This document shows, piece after piece, positions 25,640-37,801 of a stretch of DNA of 64,000 nt. This DNA is from Squalus acanthias (Eukaryota). The stretch lies in assembly GCA_030390025.1 (NCBI GenBank), contig CM059432.1, positions 62,374,001 through 62,438,000 on the forward strand, read 5' to 3'. Each line of letters starts with the position of its first letter. The stretch's first letter is position 1. Below the pieces are notes generated by a model. The model was not told the DNA's origin, did no database searches, and was given only the letters and a program-made list of their open reading frames with translations. A program made the position numbers and the translations under genes.

Positions 25640-27100
25640 CAACTGACGCGCACCAATTTTATTCTCTGCAGTTTCTCCCCATTTCCCGATCAAGACACTC
25701 ATCTCATTCATAAAACATGCCCACTCATTTAAGTACTTCCCAACCCATCTCTTAAACAACCTTCTTCACCTCAACAACCCATGTCTGCCAACATCATGAA
25801 CCCCTAATTACCTCAAACGTGACCTCATCACCCCCTTCTGCAGAAACCTACCCTAAACCCCACAATTCTAATGATCGCCTGATAACCAACCTTTTCTTTA
25901 TGTCCCATGTCCTGGAAGGCGTTGCCTCACAAGCCTATTCCCTACCTGTCCCTTTTCAACACACTCCAATCTGGCTTCTGCCCTGCACAGAACACTGAGA
26001 CTCCACTAGTCAAAGTTACAAACAATATCCTGTGAGACTGTGACCATGATTCTCTTTCTGTCCTTATCCTCTCCTCTTCATGGCAGTGATCTTTCTTGGT
26101 TCTGCTCTTACATGTCCACACAACAGTATGTAAATAATGAACAGGAGGGAATCAAGGTTCCAACCTCGGTCCCTTCTTTTTTATTATTTACATGATGCCC
26201 CTCCTCAGTACCATCCAGAAGCATGGGACAGTTTACATATATAGACTGTGCTCTTCCATTAATGCAAGGGTTGTTGCAACACTCTTGAACTACCCGTCCA
26301 ACATTAAGACCCGGATGAACAAAGGTTTATTTTTTTGACAGAAACAAAGCCTTCCTGTTTGGCTTACATGTGCTTCTGGCCTTGCCTACAATAACCTCGT
26401 CGGCTGCCATGTCAGGTTAAGTCAGGAAGTGTGAAACATCAGCGTACTGCTGAGGTACCCCAAGCTGAGCTTCCTTCCCCACATGCATTCCATTACCAGG
26501 TCCGCTTTCTTCCACAATAATGCCTGCCTCTGCCTCGCTCGCATCTGCGAGAGACTCACCTTCGCCAATGCACTCCTATCAGTTTCCCCACCTCAACCCT
26601 CCAATGTTACAACTCATTCAAAATGCTGCAGCCTATATCCTCACCCACATAAAGCCCCACACACCCATCATGCTCACCCTCTCCAAACTTCACTGGCTCA
26701 CCGTGCCCCAGTGAATTGACTTCAGGATTTTCATCCTCACTTTCAAACCCCTCCCTGGCCTTGCTCCACCCTACCTTAAGTGATCTCTTACATCCTCACT
26801 CGCACCCTCCACTCCGCTAACTCTGCTCCGGATACTCCGTCCTTCACTTCACCACTGGTGGCTGCTCATTCAACCACTACACTCCTGACCTCTGGAACTC
26901 CTTACCCAGTTCTCTCCGCCTTGCTACCTCTCACCCTGCTTTTAAAAATCTCTCAGAACCCTTCTCTTCGACTGTGCCTTTGACATTCCATCCTAAGCCC
27001 CGTCCATTTTCCCTCCTGCTCGATCCACTGCTTTTTCTTCCTTAATGTAAAGCACTTTGAAGCAACTGACTTCACATGAGGAGCACTATAGAAAAGCAAG
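25640..27100 (+). mobile_element. Old degraded L2 LINE
   Basis: Remnants such as CAATCTGGCTTC..CACAGAACACTGAGAC (QSGF..HSTET-like) and LQLIQNAAAYILT...LHWL; L2-type 3' end. Confidence 0.65.
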
Positions 27101-27406
27101 GAATTGTATATTCAGCATAGAAACTGATACACAACATAATGAAATAATTGTACAAACAAGGCATGCCGTGAAGTTCAACCAGCTAACTAACCAATTTTGA
27201 CAAACAGCTTCTAACTCTATATTAACTGCAATAATCATTTTTAAGAAGGTTTATCAATTTTCTAACAGCTGTGATTCAAACTTTTGACAATGGAGTATCA
27301 ACAAAGGTTCATAGTAATTAGTTTGATTGACAGTAAGTTAGCCCCCTCCCAAAACAGATCTCAAAATCAGTAAATTGTAATGATATTAAGCAGCAGCTCT
27401 CCTTAC

Positions 27407-27586
27407 CTGAATGCAGGTCACAAATGGTGGGAAGCACAATGTTGTACTACTAAGCAAACAACTAAAATTTTTCATGAGCTCTTCTCCAATGCCACTCATT
27501 TCAGCAGCTGTTTTAGATATTTTCACTTCTTCCAGAATTCCAGAAAATAGGGCACTGAAAAGTTGTTTAGCAAGTGAATGGTCTTT
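27407..27586 (-). CDS. PRKDC: PRKDC exon: KDHSLAKQLFSALFSGILEEVKISKTAAEMSGIGEELMKNFSCLLSSTTLCFPPFVTCIQ
   Basis: TTTTGCAG acceptor, GTAAGG donor; 180 nt. Confidence 0.94.
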
Positions 27587-28381
27587 CTGCAAAACAATTA
27601 CAAATTCTGGTATAATTTCTGTAGCTACCCCGAGAATTCACTCTCCAACCAGACGTACCAAAGAGCTGCCACTGGAACGAAGAGCCAAATGGACTCCTTC
27701 AGCTGTATGATTTTACCCCCTGAGAATTCACTCTCCGACAAGACTTGCCAAAGAGCTGCTACAAATAGCACTCCTCAGAGACTTTGAAACACTCAAAGAC
27801 TCATTTACATTGGGCCCCTCCACTCAAGATGGAAACTCAACAGCAGGGCACAGCACTACCGGAAGGCTGAGTCTGACTGATCTTGTTCTATGAGTGCAAA
27901 CAAACTTGAATGTCTAAGATGAATTAGAACTGAAAGTCCTCTGGTTCAACCTTTTTTTTTTTACCTTCCAGAGTTGCTGCAACAATACCTGGCAGTCTTC
28001 ACCATTTTCCTGGTTATTTACCACTATTTTTACCATAACTGCAACTCATATAACATCTAGACTGCAGTTATTGAAGCAGCTTAACCGACTCGAACGTTTT
28101 CACACAAGTTATCCTGAAGACAAAAAGCTTTCACAACAAGTAATTTATCTGTCATTTCTGTGCAGAACTTTATTTGAGGTGTATGCAGTGGGAGTAAATA
28201 CTAAAATCAAAAAGTACTTTAAATCAAAATAGAAACATGTAAAGTTATTGTACATGTTGCGGGTAAATGGTAAAGATGTAGAGAAAATAATTTGCTTGAA
28301 GAAAATAAGCAAGTATTTGTCAGCTAATATAGATTTATTTAGATCAGAAGGCTAAAATTGTTTAAGATTTTATTTACAGAC

Positions 28382-28513
28382 CTGAGCTAGAGCCTGCAAT
28401 GGGGCAATTAAACTGCTGAATTTGATCTGAATGTCAGGCAGATCTCCAACACGATAACATCTGTAAAGAGTGACCTGTGCATCTCGTTTCATCTTCTGTT
28501 CAGTTTTCATTTC
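28382..28513 (-). CDS. PRKDC: PRKDC exon (YRPD motif): [44 protein letters not shown]
   Basis: TTTTCAG acceptor, GTCTGT donor; 132 nt. Confidence 0.95.
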
Positions 28514-28577
28514 CTGAAAAAAGATTAAGTGATATTTAATATAAATAGCCTGCTGGTTTGTCATACCAGATTAACAC

Positions 28578-28764
28578 ACAATCATCCAACTCTATAGTTA
28601 CCCATTACAAAGACAAAAAGTACTCATCAGGAGGTTACTGTAAGCCAAGTAGCGACTTTCCAGTGAAGCAAGACTGAAATGGTGAACTTCCATGACTACA
28701 ATTAGAACCACTTTTTACCAGGCAGGGTGTTTTAAAAATCAAATGGACTCAGCTCCCTCCAGCC
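28578..28764 (+). repeat. ~187-bp direct repeat, copy 1 (copy 2 at 33623-33811)
   Basis: ACAATCATCCAACTCTAT...GGACTCAGCTCCCTCCAGCC recurs with only scattered substitutions. Confidence 0.9.
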
Positions 28765-28828
28765 CTGTTCTTCACCTTCAAAAACTTATGCGGTGAAATT
28801 GTTCTCATCAATATTTTTTGATGAATAA

Positions 28829-30784
28829 GAGCATGCCAGGAGCAGCACCAGGTGTACCTAAAAATGAGGTGCCAACCTGGGGAAGCTGCAACACAGGACT
28901 ACATGCATGCTAAAAAGCGGAAGCAGCATGCTATAGACAGGGCTACGCGATCCCACAATCAACGGATCAGATCAAAGCTCTGCAGTCCTGCCACATCCAG
29001 TCGTGAATGGTGGTGGACCATTAAACAACTAATGGGAGGAGGAGGCTCCATGAATATCCCCATCTTCAATGATGGTGGAGCCCAGCACGCGAGTGCAAAA
29101 GACAAGGCTGAAGCGTTTGCAACCACCTTCAGCCAGAAGTGCTGAGTGGATGATCCATATCAGCTTCCTCCCGAGGTCCCCACCATCACAGAAGCCATTC
29201 TTCAGCCAATTCGATTCACTCCACATGATATCAAGAAACAGCTGAGCGCATTGGATACAGTATAGGCTGTGGGCCCCGACAACATCCCGGCTATCGTGCT
29301 GAAGACTTGTGCTCCAGAACTAGCCGCGCCTCTAGGCAAGCTGTTCCTGTACAGCTATAACATTGGCATCTATACGACAATGTGGAAAACTGCCCAGGTA
29401 TGTCCCGTCCACAAAAAGCAGGACAAATCCTCCGGCCAATTACCACCCCATTAGTCTACTCGCAATCATTAGCAAAGTGATGGAAGGTGTCGTTGACAGT
29501 GCCATCAAGCAGCACTTACTCACCAATAACCTGCTCACTGATGCCCAGTTTGAATTCCGCCAGGACCACTTGGCTCCGGACCTCATTACAGCCTTGGTCC
29601 AAACATGCACAAAAGAGCTGAATTCCAGAGGTGAGGTGAGAGTGACTGCCCTTGACATAAAGGTAGTATTTGACCGAGTGTGGCATCAAGGAGCCCTCGT
29701 AAAACTGAAGTCAATGGGAATCGGGGGGTAAACTCTCCACTGGCTGGAGTCATACCTAGCACAAAGGAAGATGGTTGTGGTGATTGAAGGTCAATCATCA
29801 CAGCCCCAGGACATCGCTGCAGGAGTTCCTCAGGGCAGTGTCCTAGGCCCAACCATCTTCAGCTGCTTCATCAATGACCTTCGCTCCATCATAAGGTCAG
29901 ACGTGGGGATGATCGCTGATGATTGCAGTGTTCAGTGCCATTCGCAACTCCTCAGATAATGAAGCAGTCCATGCCCGCATGTAGCAAGACCAGGACGACA
30001 TTCAAGCTTGGGCTGATGTGTGGTACGAATGTTACCTGCCACTTAAGTGCCAGGCAATGACTATTTCCAACAAGCGAGCATCTAACCATCGCCCCTTGAC
30101 ATTCAATGACATTACCATCACCGAAGCCCCCACCATCAATCTCATGGGGGTCACCATTGACCAGAACTTAACTGGACCAGCCACATAAATACTGTGGCTA
30201 CAAGAGCAGGTCAGAGGCTGGGTATTCTGTGGCGAGTGTCTCACCTCCTGACTCCCCAAAGCCTTTCCATCATCTACAAGGCACAAGTCAGGAGTGTGAT
30301 GGAATACTCTCCACTCAAGAAGCTCGACACCATCCAAGACAAAGCAGCCTGCTTGATTGGCACCCCATCCACCACCTTAAACATTCACTCCCTCCACCAC
30401 CGGCGTGTCGTGGCTACAGTGTGTACCATCTACAAGATGCACTGCAGCAACTTGCCAAGGCTTCTTCGGCAGCACCTCCCAAACCCGCGACCTCTACCAC
30501 CTAGAAGGACAAGGGCAGCAGACGCATGGGAACACCACCACCTGCAAGTTCCCCTCCAAGTCAAACACCATCCTGACTTGGAAGTATATCGCCGTTCCTT
30601 CATCGTCGCTGGGTCAAAATCCTGGAGCTCCCTCCCTAACAGCACTGTGGGAGTACCTTCACCACACGGACAGCAGGTTTAAGGCGGCGGCTCACCAGCA
30701 CCTTCTCAAGGGCAATTAGGGATGGGCAATAAATGCTGGCCTTGCCAGTGACACCCACATCCCATGAACGAATAATAAAAAAAA
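28829..30784 (+). mobile_element. 5'-truncated non-LTR retrotransposon (CR1/L2/jockey group), RT region with frameshifts and A-rich tail
   Basis: GPDNIPAIVLKTCAPEL, ALDIKVVFDRVWH, GVPQGSVLGPTIFSCFINDL, IADD; ends GGGCAATAAATGCTGGCC...AATAATAAAAAAA. Confidence 0.9.
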
Positions 30785-31261
30785 GATACCTTACTGCATT
30801 CGTTTGAAGTTTCTCTGTGCAATATTTGAATACATTTGTCAACCCATTTACTTTAAATGGTTACCAAAAATCATTAAATAGCACAGAGAAATATTATATG
30901 AAAGCAGTAACGCGTTCATTACAAATATCGCTGTGACTAATTTCACCTCCTCAGGGTCACATTTTCAGTAAGATGTAATAATACCTGGAACAACCAAAGG
31001 CCTAACCCAGCAACTTTTAAACTTCTGTTTCCTTGGTAGCAGTAAAAGAAAGATGGCACTGGTCATGCAATAAGAGACATGACCAGTCAACACTGGGACC
31101 CTGATCTTGCACACCACAAATGGTAATGTTGCTGTTGGAGCAACACCAGCTGAGACTTGGCACTTGACATCTGGTATTTCTCTGAAATAGTCTTGAAAAG
31201 TTACAGGAAATTTGTAGCTGGACTTGAGGGAACCAACCCGCATGGGAGAAACGAAGAGCAA

Positions 31262-33480
31262 TAAGAACATAAGAACATAAGAAATAGGAGCAGGAGTAGA
31301 CCAATCGGCCCCTCGAGCCTGCTCCGCCATTCAATGAGATCATGGCTGATCTGATCCAACCTCAACTCTAAAGAACACAAGAAGTAGGAGCAGGACCAGG
31401 CCACTCGGCCCCTGGGCCCGCTCCGCCACCCACAGGGTCTTGACCGATCCGAACTCAAACTCATGTCCAATTTCCAGCCCGCTCCCCGTAACCCCTAATT
31501 CCCTTTACTTCTAGGAAACGGTCTATTTCTGTTTTAAATTTATTTAATGAAGTAGCTTCCACAGCTTCCTGGGGTAGCAAATTCCACAGACCCACTACCC
31601 TCTGAGTGAAAAAGTTTCTCCTCATCTCAGTTTTGAAAGAGCAGCCCCTTATTCTAAGATTATGTCCCCTAGTTCTAGTTTCACCCATCATTGGGAACAT
31701 CCTCACCGCGTCCACCCGATCAAGCCCCTTCACAATCTTATGTGTTTCAATAAGATCGCCTCTCATTCTTCTGAACTCCAATGAGTAGAGTCCCAATCTA
31801 CTCAACCTCTCCTCGTATGTCCACCCCCTCATCCCCGGAATTAACCGAGTGAACCTTCTTTATACTGCCTCGAGAGCAAGTATGTCTTTTCTTAAGTATG
31901 GACACCAAAACTGTATGCAGTACTCCAGGTGCGGTCTCACCAATACCCTATACAACTGCAGCAATACCTCCCTGTTTTTATATTCTATCCCCCTAGCAAT
32001 AAAAGCCAACATTCCATTGGCTTTCTTGATCACCTGCTGCACCTGCATACTAACTTTTTGATTTTCTTGCACCAAGACCCCCAGATCCCTTTGTACTGCA
32101 GTACTTTCCAGTTTCTCGCCATTAAGATAATAACTTGCTCTCTGATTTTTCCTACCAAAGTGCATAACCTCACATTTTCCAATATTGTATTGCATCTGCC
32201 AAATCTCTGCCCACTCACCCAGCCTGTCTATATCCCCTTGTAGGTTTTTTATGTCCTCCTCACTCTCTACTTTCCCTCCCATCTTTGTATCATCTGCAAA
32301 CTTTGATATGTTACAGTCGGTCCCCTCCTCCAAATCGTTAATATAGATTGTAAAGAGTTGGGGACCCAGCACCGACCCCTGCGGAACACCACTGGCTACT
32401 GGTTGCCAGTCCGAGAATGAACCATTTATCCCAACTCTCTGCTTCCTGTTAGATAACCAATCCTCCACCCATGCCAGAATATTACCCCCAATCCAGTGAT
32501 TTTTTTATCTTGAGTAATAATCTTTTATGTGGCACCTTGTCGAATGCCTTCTGGAAGTCTAAATACACTACATCCACTGGTTCCCCTTTATCCACCCTGT
32601 ATGTTATGTCCTCAAAGAACTCGAGCAAATTTGTCAGACATGACTTCCCCTTCATAAAGCCATGCTGACTTTGTCCTATTAAATTATGTTTATCTAAATG
32701 TTCCGTTACTGTCTCCTTAATAATAGACTCCAAAATTTTACCCACCACAGATGTTAGGCTAACTGGTCTATAATTTCCAGCCTTCTGCCTACAACCCGTT
32801 TTAAATAAGGGTGTTACATTAGCAGTTTTCCAATCTGCCGGGACCTTTGCTGAGTTCAGGGAGTTTTGGAAAATTACCAAAGCATCCACAATTCCTACTG
32901 CCACTTCCCTCAAGACCCTAGGATGTAAGCCATCAGGTCCAGGGGATTTATCCGCCTTGAGTCCCATTATTTTACTGAGTACCAATTCCTTAGTGATTTT
33001 AATCGTATTTAGCTCCTCCCCCACTAGAGCCCCCTGTTTGTCCAGTGTTGGGATATTCTTAGTGTCCTCTACCGTAAAGACTGAAACAAAATATTTGTTC
33101 AGCATTTTTGCCATCTCCATGTTTCCCACCATTAATTTCCCGGTCTCATCCTCTAAGGGACCTACGTTTGCCTTAACCACCCTTTTTCTTTTTATATAAC
33201 TATAGAAACTCTTGCTATCTGTTTTTATATTTTTTGCTAATTTATTTTCATAGTCTATTTTCCCTTTCTTAATCAATCCTTTAGTTACTTTTTGTTGTCT
33301 TTTGAAGACTTCCCAATCTTCTATCCTCCCACTAACTTTGGCTACCTTATATGTCCTTCTTTTTAGTTGGATACTTTCTTTAATTTCTTTACTTAGCCAT
33401 GGATGGCTGTCATTTCTTTTACACCCTTTTTTCCTCAGTGGAATATATTTTTTTTGAAAGTTGTAAAATAACTCCTTGAA
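31262..33480 (-). mobile_element. CR1 LINE, 5'-truncated, relatively young
   Basis: Long ORF2 pieces of 264, 202 and 123 aa (YLDFQKAFDKVPH, GVPQGSVLGP, FADD, RGDLIE, FFTQRVV); (TTCTTATG)n-type 3' microsatellite. Confidence 0.95.
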
Positions 33481-33622
33481 TGCAAGCTGATATTTTAGAG
33501 CCCATAGATGTGAACTACGATGTTCAAAAAAAGTATTTCTGTAGACAGACCCTTACCTGTAATGAAGCTCATTTCAATGTTGTTGACAATAAAATATAAA
33601 AGGTCCATAGTTTCAATAACAG

Positions 33623-33811
33623 ACAATCATCCAACTCTATTCTTACCCATTACAAAGGCAAAAAGTACTCATCAGGGGGTTACTGCAATGCAAGTAGCGA
33701 CTTTCCAGTGAAGCAAAGACTGAAATGGTGAACTTCCATGATTATAATTAGAGCCACTTTTTACCAGGCAGGGTTTTTTTAAAAATCAAATGGACTCAGC
33801 TCCCTCCAGCC
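33623..33811 (+). repeat. ~187-bp direct repeat, copy 2
   Basis: See 28578-28764. Confidence 0.9.
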
Positions 33812-34297
33812 TACACTTCAAAAAGTACTTCATTGGCTGTAAAGTGCTTTGGGACATCCGGTGGTCGTGAAAGGCGCCATATAAATGCAAATCTTTCAAT
33901 AGTCATCCTGGCTCAACCAGCTAGTGCAGAATTTCTGTAGGTGTAATTCAAATCAACCTGCCCTAATTTTTTTTATTTGATTATCGATAGTGCACAATAT
34001 TTGTAACAAATATCTTTGTGATAAACAGATCTTGATCTAACATATAGTGTATCAAATATTTGCTGCACTGTAATATTTAAGATTGTCCCAGTAGATAATA
34101 TGTTTATTTAAAAAGAACAACCCCTATTTCTGAGTCCATCCTATGATGGAAACAGTGGTGCCTGCAGACACTGAGGGGACAGCTGTGAAGTAAACACATG
34201 TTTTGGTAACAAAATGTCTAGTAGTTAACATCATTTTAAATGCTATTTCTGATGAGGCACTTTAAAAAAAAAAAAAAATGATGTTAAGCAGAATTAC

Positions 34298-34410
34298 CTT
34301 TGCAAGATGCTTTTCATGGATGCTCCTTCTGGCAAAGAATAGGCTCTCTTTCTGTCGATCTTTGAGGAATCGCCGCCTCAAGCGTAGGATGTCCGCCCTC
34401 TGGTCAGCTA
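34298..34410 (-). CDS. PRKDC: PRKDC exon: ADQRADILRLRRRFLKDRQKESLFFARRSIHEKHLAK
   Basis: CAATAG(TAG) tandem acceptor, GTAATT donor; 113 nt. Confidence 0.92.
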
Positions 34411-34541
34411 CTATTGTAATGCATAAAAACACTAGTTGATCACCCGTGCATTGCTTCCTGATGCTGTCGGTTTCTCCCACTCTCTAGTTCTTTGAGTCTT
34501 TGTATCATTCTATTTGTTTTCCACTCTTTTTATGTCCTTAT

Positions 34542-35320
34542 ATAGGAACATAGGAACAAGAGTGCAGCCCCTCGAGCCTGTTCTGCCATTCAATGAGATC
34601 ATGGCCGATCTGTAGCTTAACTCCATCCACCTGCCTTGGCTCCACATCCTTTTAGACCCTTGTCCAGCAAAAATCTATCAATCTCAGATTTAAAATGAAT
34701 TGAACTAGCATCTACTGCTTTTTCTGGGAGAGAATTCCACACTTCAACCACCCTTTGCGTGAAGAAGTGTTTCCCAACTTCTCCAAAATCAAAATACAGC
34801 GGATGCTAGAAATCTGGAATAAAAACCAGAAAATGCTGGAAATACTCAGCAGGTCAGGCAGCATCTGTGGAGAGAGAAACACAGTTAACGTTTCAGGTCA
34901 CCTGAAACGTTAACTCTGTTTCTCTCTCCACAGATGCTGCCTGAACTGCTGAGTATTTCCAGCATTTTCTGTTTTTATTTCCTAACTTCTCTCCTGAATG
35001 GCCTGGCTCAGATCTTAAGGTTATGACCCCTTGTCCTAGACTCCCCTACCAGCAGAAAAACGTTTCTCTCTATCTACCCTATTAATTCCTTTCAAAATCC
35101 TAAAAACCTCAATCAAATCACCCCTTAATGTTTTCTATTCAAGGAAATACAAGCCTAGTTTATGTAATCTCTCCTCATAATCTGACCCTTGGAGCCCTGG
35201 TAACATTCTGGTGAATCTGTGCTACACTCCTTCCAAAGCCAATATATCTTTTCTAAGTTGCAGTGCCCAGAACTGTACTCCAGATGTAGTTTAACCAGGG
35301 CTTTGCATTGCTGTAGCAAA
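34542..35320 (-). mobile_element. CR1 3' fragment interrupted by a palindromic insertion
   Basis: TAGGAACATAGGAACA tail, CCCCTCGAGCCTG stem, LVKLHLEY remnant. Confidence 0.75.
34785..34980. mobile_element. Palindromic (inverted-dimer) insertion of a short Penelope-like repeat
   Basis: Arms CAGAAAATGCTGG...AACGTTTCAGGT / ACCTGAAACGTT...CCAGCATTTTCTG; imperfect flanking duplication TTCCCAACTTCTC / TTCCTAACTTCTC. Confidence 0.7.
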
Positions 35321-35602
35321 ATTGGGCCTGACCTGAGGGCAGTCACAACCTTATAACCCAGGCTGCATGGTCTTCTAGTTGACGTCATGGTGGATCAACA
35401 ATCACGGTTCTGATTGGTAAGGGGGCCACTGTACCCGACATCAACAATGCTGTTCAGTTGACAGCACTACAATTGTTGTGTCCTCTTATCCACAACTGGA
35501 TACAGCGATGGATGGTCCCTTGAAATACTCGTCTCAGTAACTGTTATTAGCAGTGGATATTTCTAATACAATAATAATACTAAATGTAACCAATAATAAT
35601 AC

Positions 35603-35812
35603 CTTTTGTTTTACTGCTGACCTCATCTCCTGGCAGAGCAAGTCTCTTTTTGCCAAAGTCTGGACCAACAGGTTTCATAGCTGCTCTCTGTGGCCTCTCA
35701 CTCCGCTTAGAATACACAAGTAACGAAGAGGACAGTGATTCTGAGGATGGAAGGGAGTATTCTGCAAACGTGTCCAAACTGCTCCCCGTTAACCAATTAA
35801 AATTCCGTGCAC
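35603..35812 (-). CDS. PRKDC: PRKDC exon: [69 protein letters not shown]
   Basis: CTCTCTAG acceptor, GTATTA donor; 210 nt. Confidence 0.93.
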
Positions 35813-36381
35813 CTAGAGAGCGCCATCAAATATAAATAAAATATTTTAGAATATTTGTCAAGAAGCATTCCACTATTGGCAATTTAGGAACTCGGATCCC
35901 AATAATTTTCTTTAAGGTCTACTGGGTAAAATTAAAATACAAGCAGTCAAGTTAAAAAGGCACTGGGATTTGAGCCTTACTAACACAAACAGCCAACTGG
36001 ACTATTTTAGTCACAGGTTTTAGGTACACTGATATCCTGGCAAGGCAGGAATTTACTGCCTATCCCGAGAAGGTTACTTCAGAACACAGTTAAGAGTCAA
36101 CCACATTGGTGTGGAACTGGAATTGCATATAGGCCAGACCAGATAAGGACAGTAGCTTTCCTTCCTTGCCATTAAGAACATTAATGAACAAATTGGGTTT
36201 TTACAACAATCTAAAAGCTTCATTCACTTTTACTGATACCGTCTTTTTATTTCCAGATTTATAAAAACTGAATTCAAATTCTCAAACTGGTGAGATTTGA
36301 AGCCACATTTTCTGGATTATTAGTCCAGTAACATAACCACTACACTACACAAAGATTAAAAATACAAACAGTTGCAATTAC

Positions 36382-36571
36382 CAGGGTTCTGAGTTGGTGT
36401 AAACTCATAATGGGTTAGGGTGGCCCTAATTTGGCCACCTATTGACCTTTGACCTGTAGCAGATGCTTCTTGTGATGGGCTTCTAATACTGCTCTGCGTA
36501 GCTTGAGTTTCCACAAACAATGGTGTAAGAATTCTACTACGTTGATGCCAACTTGAATCAATACTATAATC
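36382..36571 (-). CDS. PRKDC: PRKDC exon (ABCDE cluster): DYSIDSSWHQRSRILTPLFVETQATQSSIRSPSQEASATGQRSIGGQIRATLTHYEFTPTQNP
   Basis: TTTTTAG acceptor, GTAATT donor; 190 nt; FVETQ corresponds to human T2609. Confidence 0.94.
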
Positions 36572-37174
36572 CTAAAAAAGAGTGCAGATTGTAGAACAAT
36601 GAGTGAAGTGCAATAAATATCACTTTGCAAAACGAGATAAACATTAAACTTGAACTCGGCTCGTCTATGGCCCTGTAGCAATAACTACTTTAAAAAGAAC
36701 AGCTTTAAAAAAATAAAGGGCAGATGCTGTCGGAGCAAATATACATCATCCTTCTATGCATCCAGCGGGATCAGCAGCAAAACATCCTGTAAGCATGCAA
36801 AAATGAAAGGCATTAACTCATTTCTAACAGCAGGTTTTCGAATAAGCTTTAGGAAGGTGTGCAACTGGCCCATTGTGCTCCTCAGGCTGACTAGGATCTG
36901 CTGTAATATTTATTGTAAGGTAACAGTAAGAAGAAATGCAAAAAAGCTAAACCCAATAAAATGCCAGCCTTATTTTATGAAAAATCTAATCAAATCTCAT
37001 CAGAAAAAAGTGATCTAATTTATTAGCAGTATGCAAATGAACAAGGGATGGGTAATAAATCCTGGCTTTGCCCGCATCACTCATATCTCAATAACAAATT
37101 TTTAAAAATTGAAATTTTTATTCTATATGAAATAGGTCTCTGTGAACTCTGAAGTCTATGCAGCTTTTGTAGTA

Positions 37175-37484
37175 CAGGTTGAGCATCCCAAATCCGGCAA
37201 CCTCGGGACCGAGGCCGAGCCGGTTTTTGGGTTTTTCCGGACTTCGGAACGTGTTTCTGATGTCCCTAGTCCGGAAACGCCTGAGCCCAGGTTGCGATAT
37301 TTCCGGACTTCGGACATCAGAAACACGTGCCGAGTCCGGAAATGCCTGGGCCCAGGTTGCGCTATTTCCGGTTTTTGGTAAGCCTCCCTCGGGGTGTCCG
37401 GATTCCGGGACATTTTACGGATTCCGGACCCCTGCCACCAATCGTCCCGGAGTCCGGAACTCCGGATTTGGGACGCTCAACCTG
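37175..37484. mobile_element. Tc1/mariner-superfamily (Tigger-like) MITE
   Basis: TA|CAGGTTGAGCATCCCAAATCCGG ... CCGGATTTGGGACGCTCAACCTG|TA; many internal TCCGGA repeats. Confidence 0.88.
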
Positions 37485-37590
37485 TAGTAATAATGCATTT
37501 GCGGTCTTCAAAAGGTTAAATTATATCTGAATCTAGAAAAACATAGATGTAAAACTAAACTAACATAACAAACAAGCTTCTTGTATTTAC

Positions 37591-37801
37591 CTGAAACTTG
37601 CATTCAGATAGGGGATACTCAAACATCTCTCGGCTGTAGTCGGGGCTGCGACTCGTCATTTCAAGTAGCACATTGGTGGCTATACTGAGGTACTGGGTCT
37701 CTATCTTGTTGCAATACAATGATCCAAGAATGGCCATCATTCTGTCTAGGGTGCCAGTTGGAAGCCTATTTTCATGACTCCAAAAGTTTCTAACATACAA
37801 T
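37591..37801 (-). CDS. PRKDC: PRKDC exon: [70 protein letters not shown]
   Basis: TTTTCAG acceptor, GTAAAT donor; 211 nt. Confidence 0.95.

Noticed and set aside
27628..27765. Two ~45-bp imperfect direct repeats (GAGAATTCACTCTCC...CAAAGAGCTGC) near an acceptor
   Set aside because: Only two copies and no further structure; likely a small local duplication.
37200..37470. Short repeated TCCGGA units resembling a CRISPR-like array
   Set aside because: Irregular spacing, inside a TA-flanked TIR element, eukaryotic intron, no cas genes.
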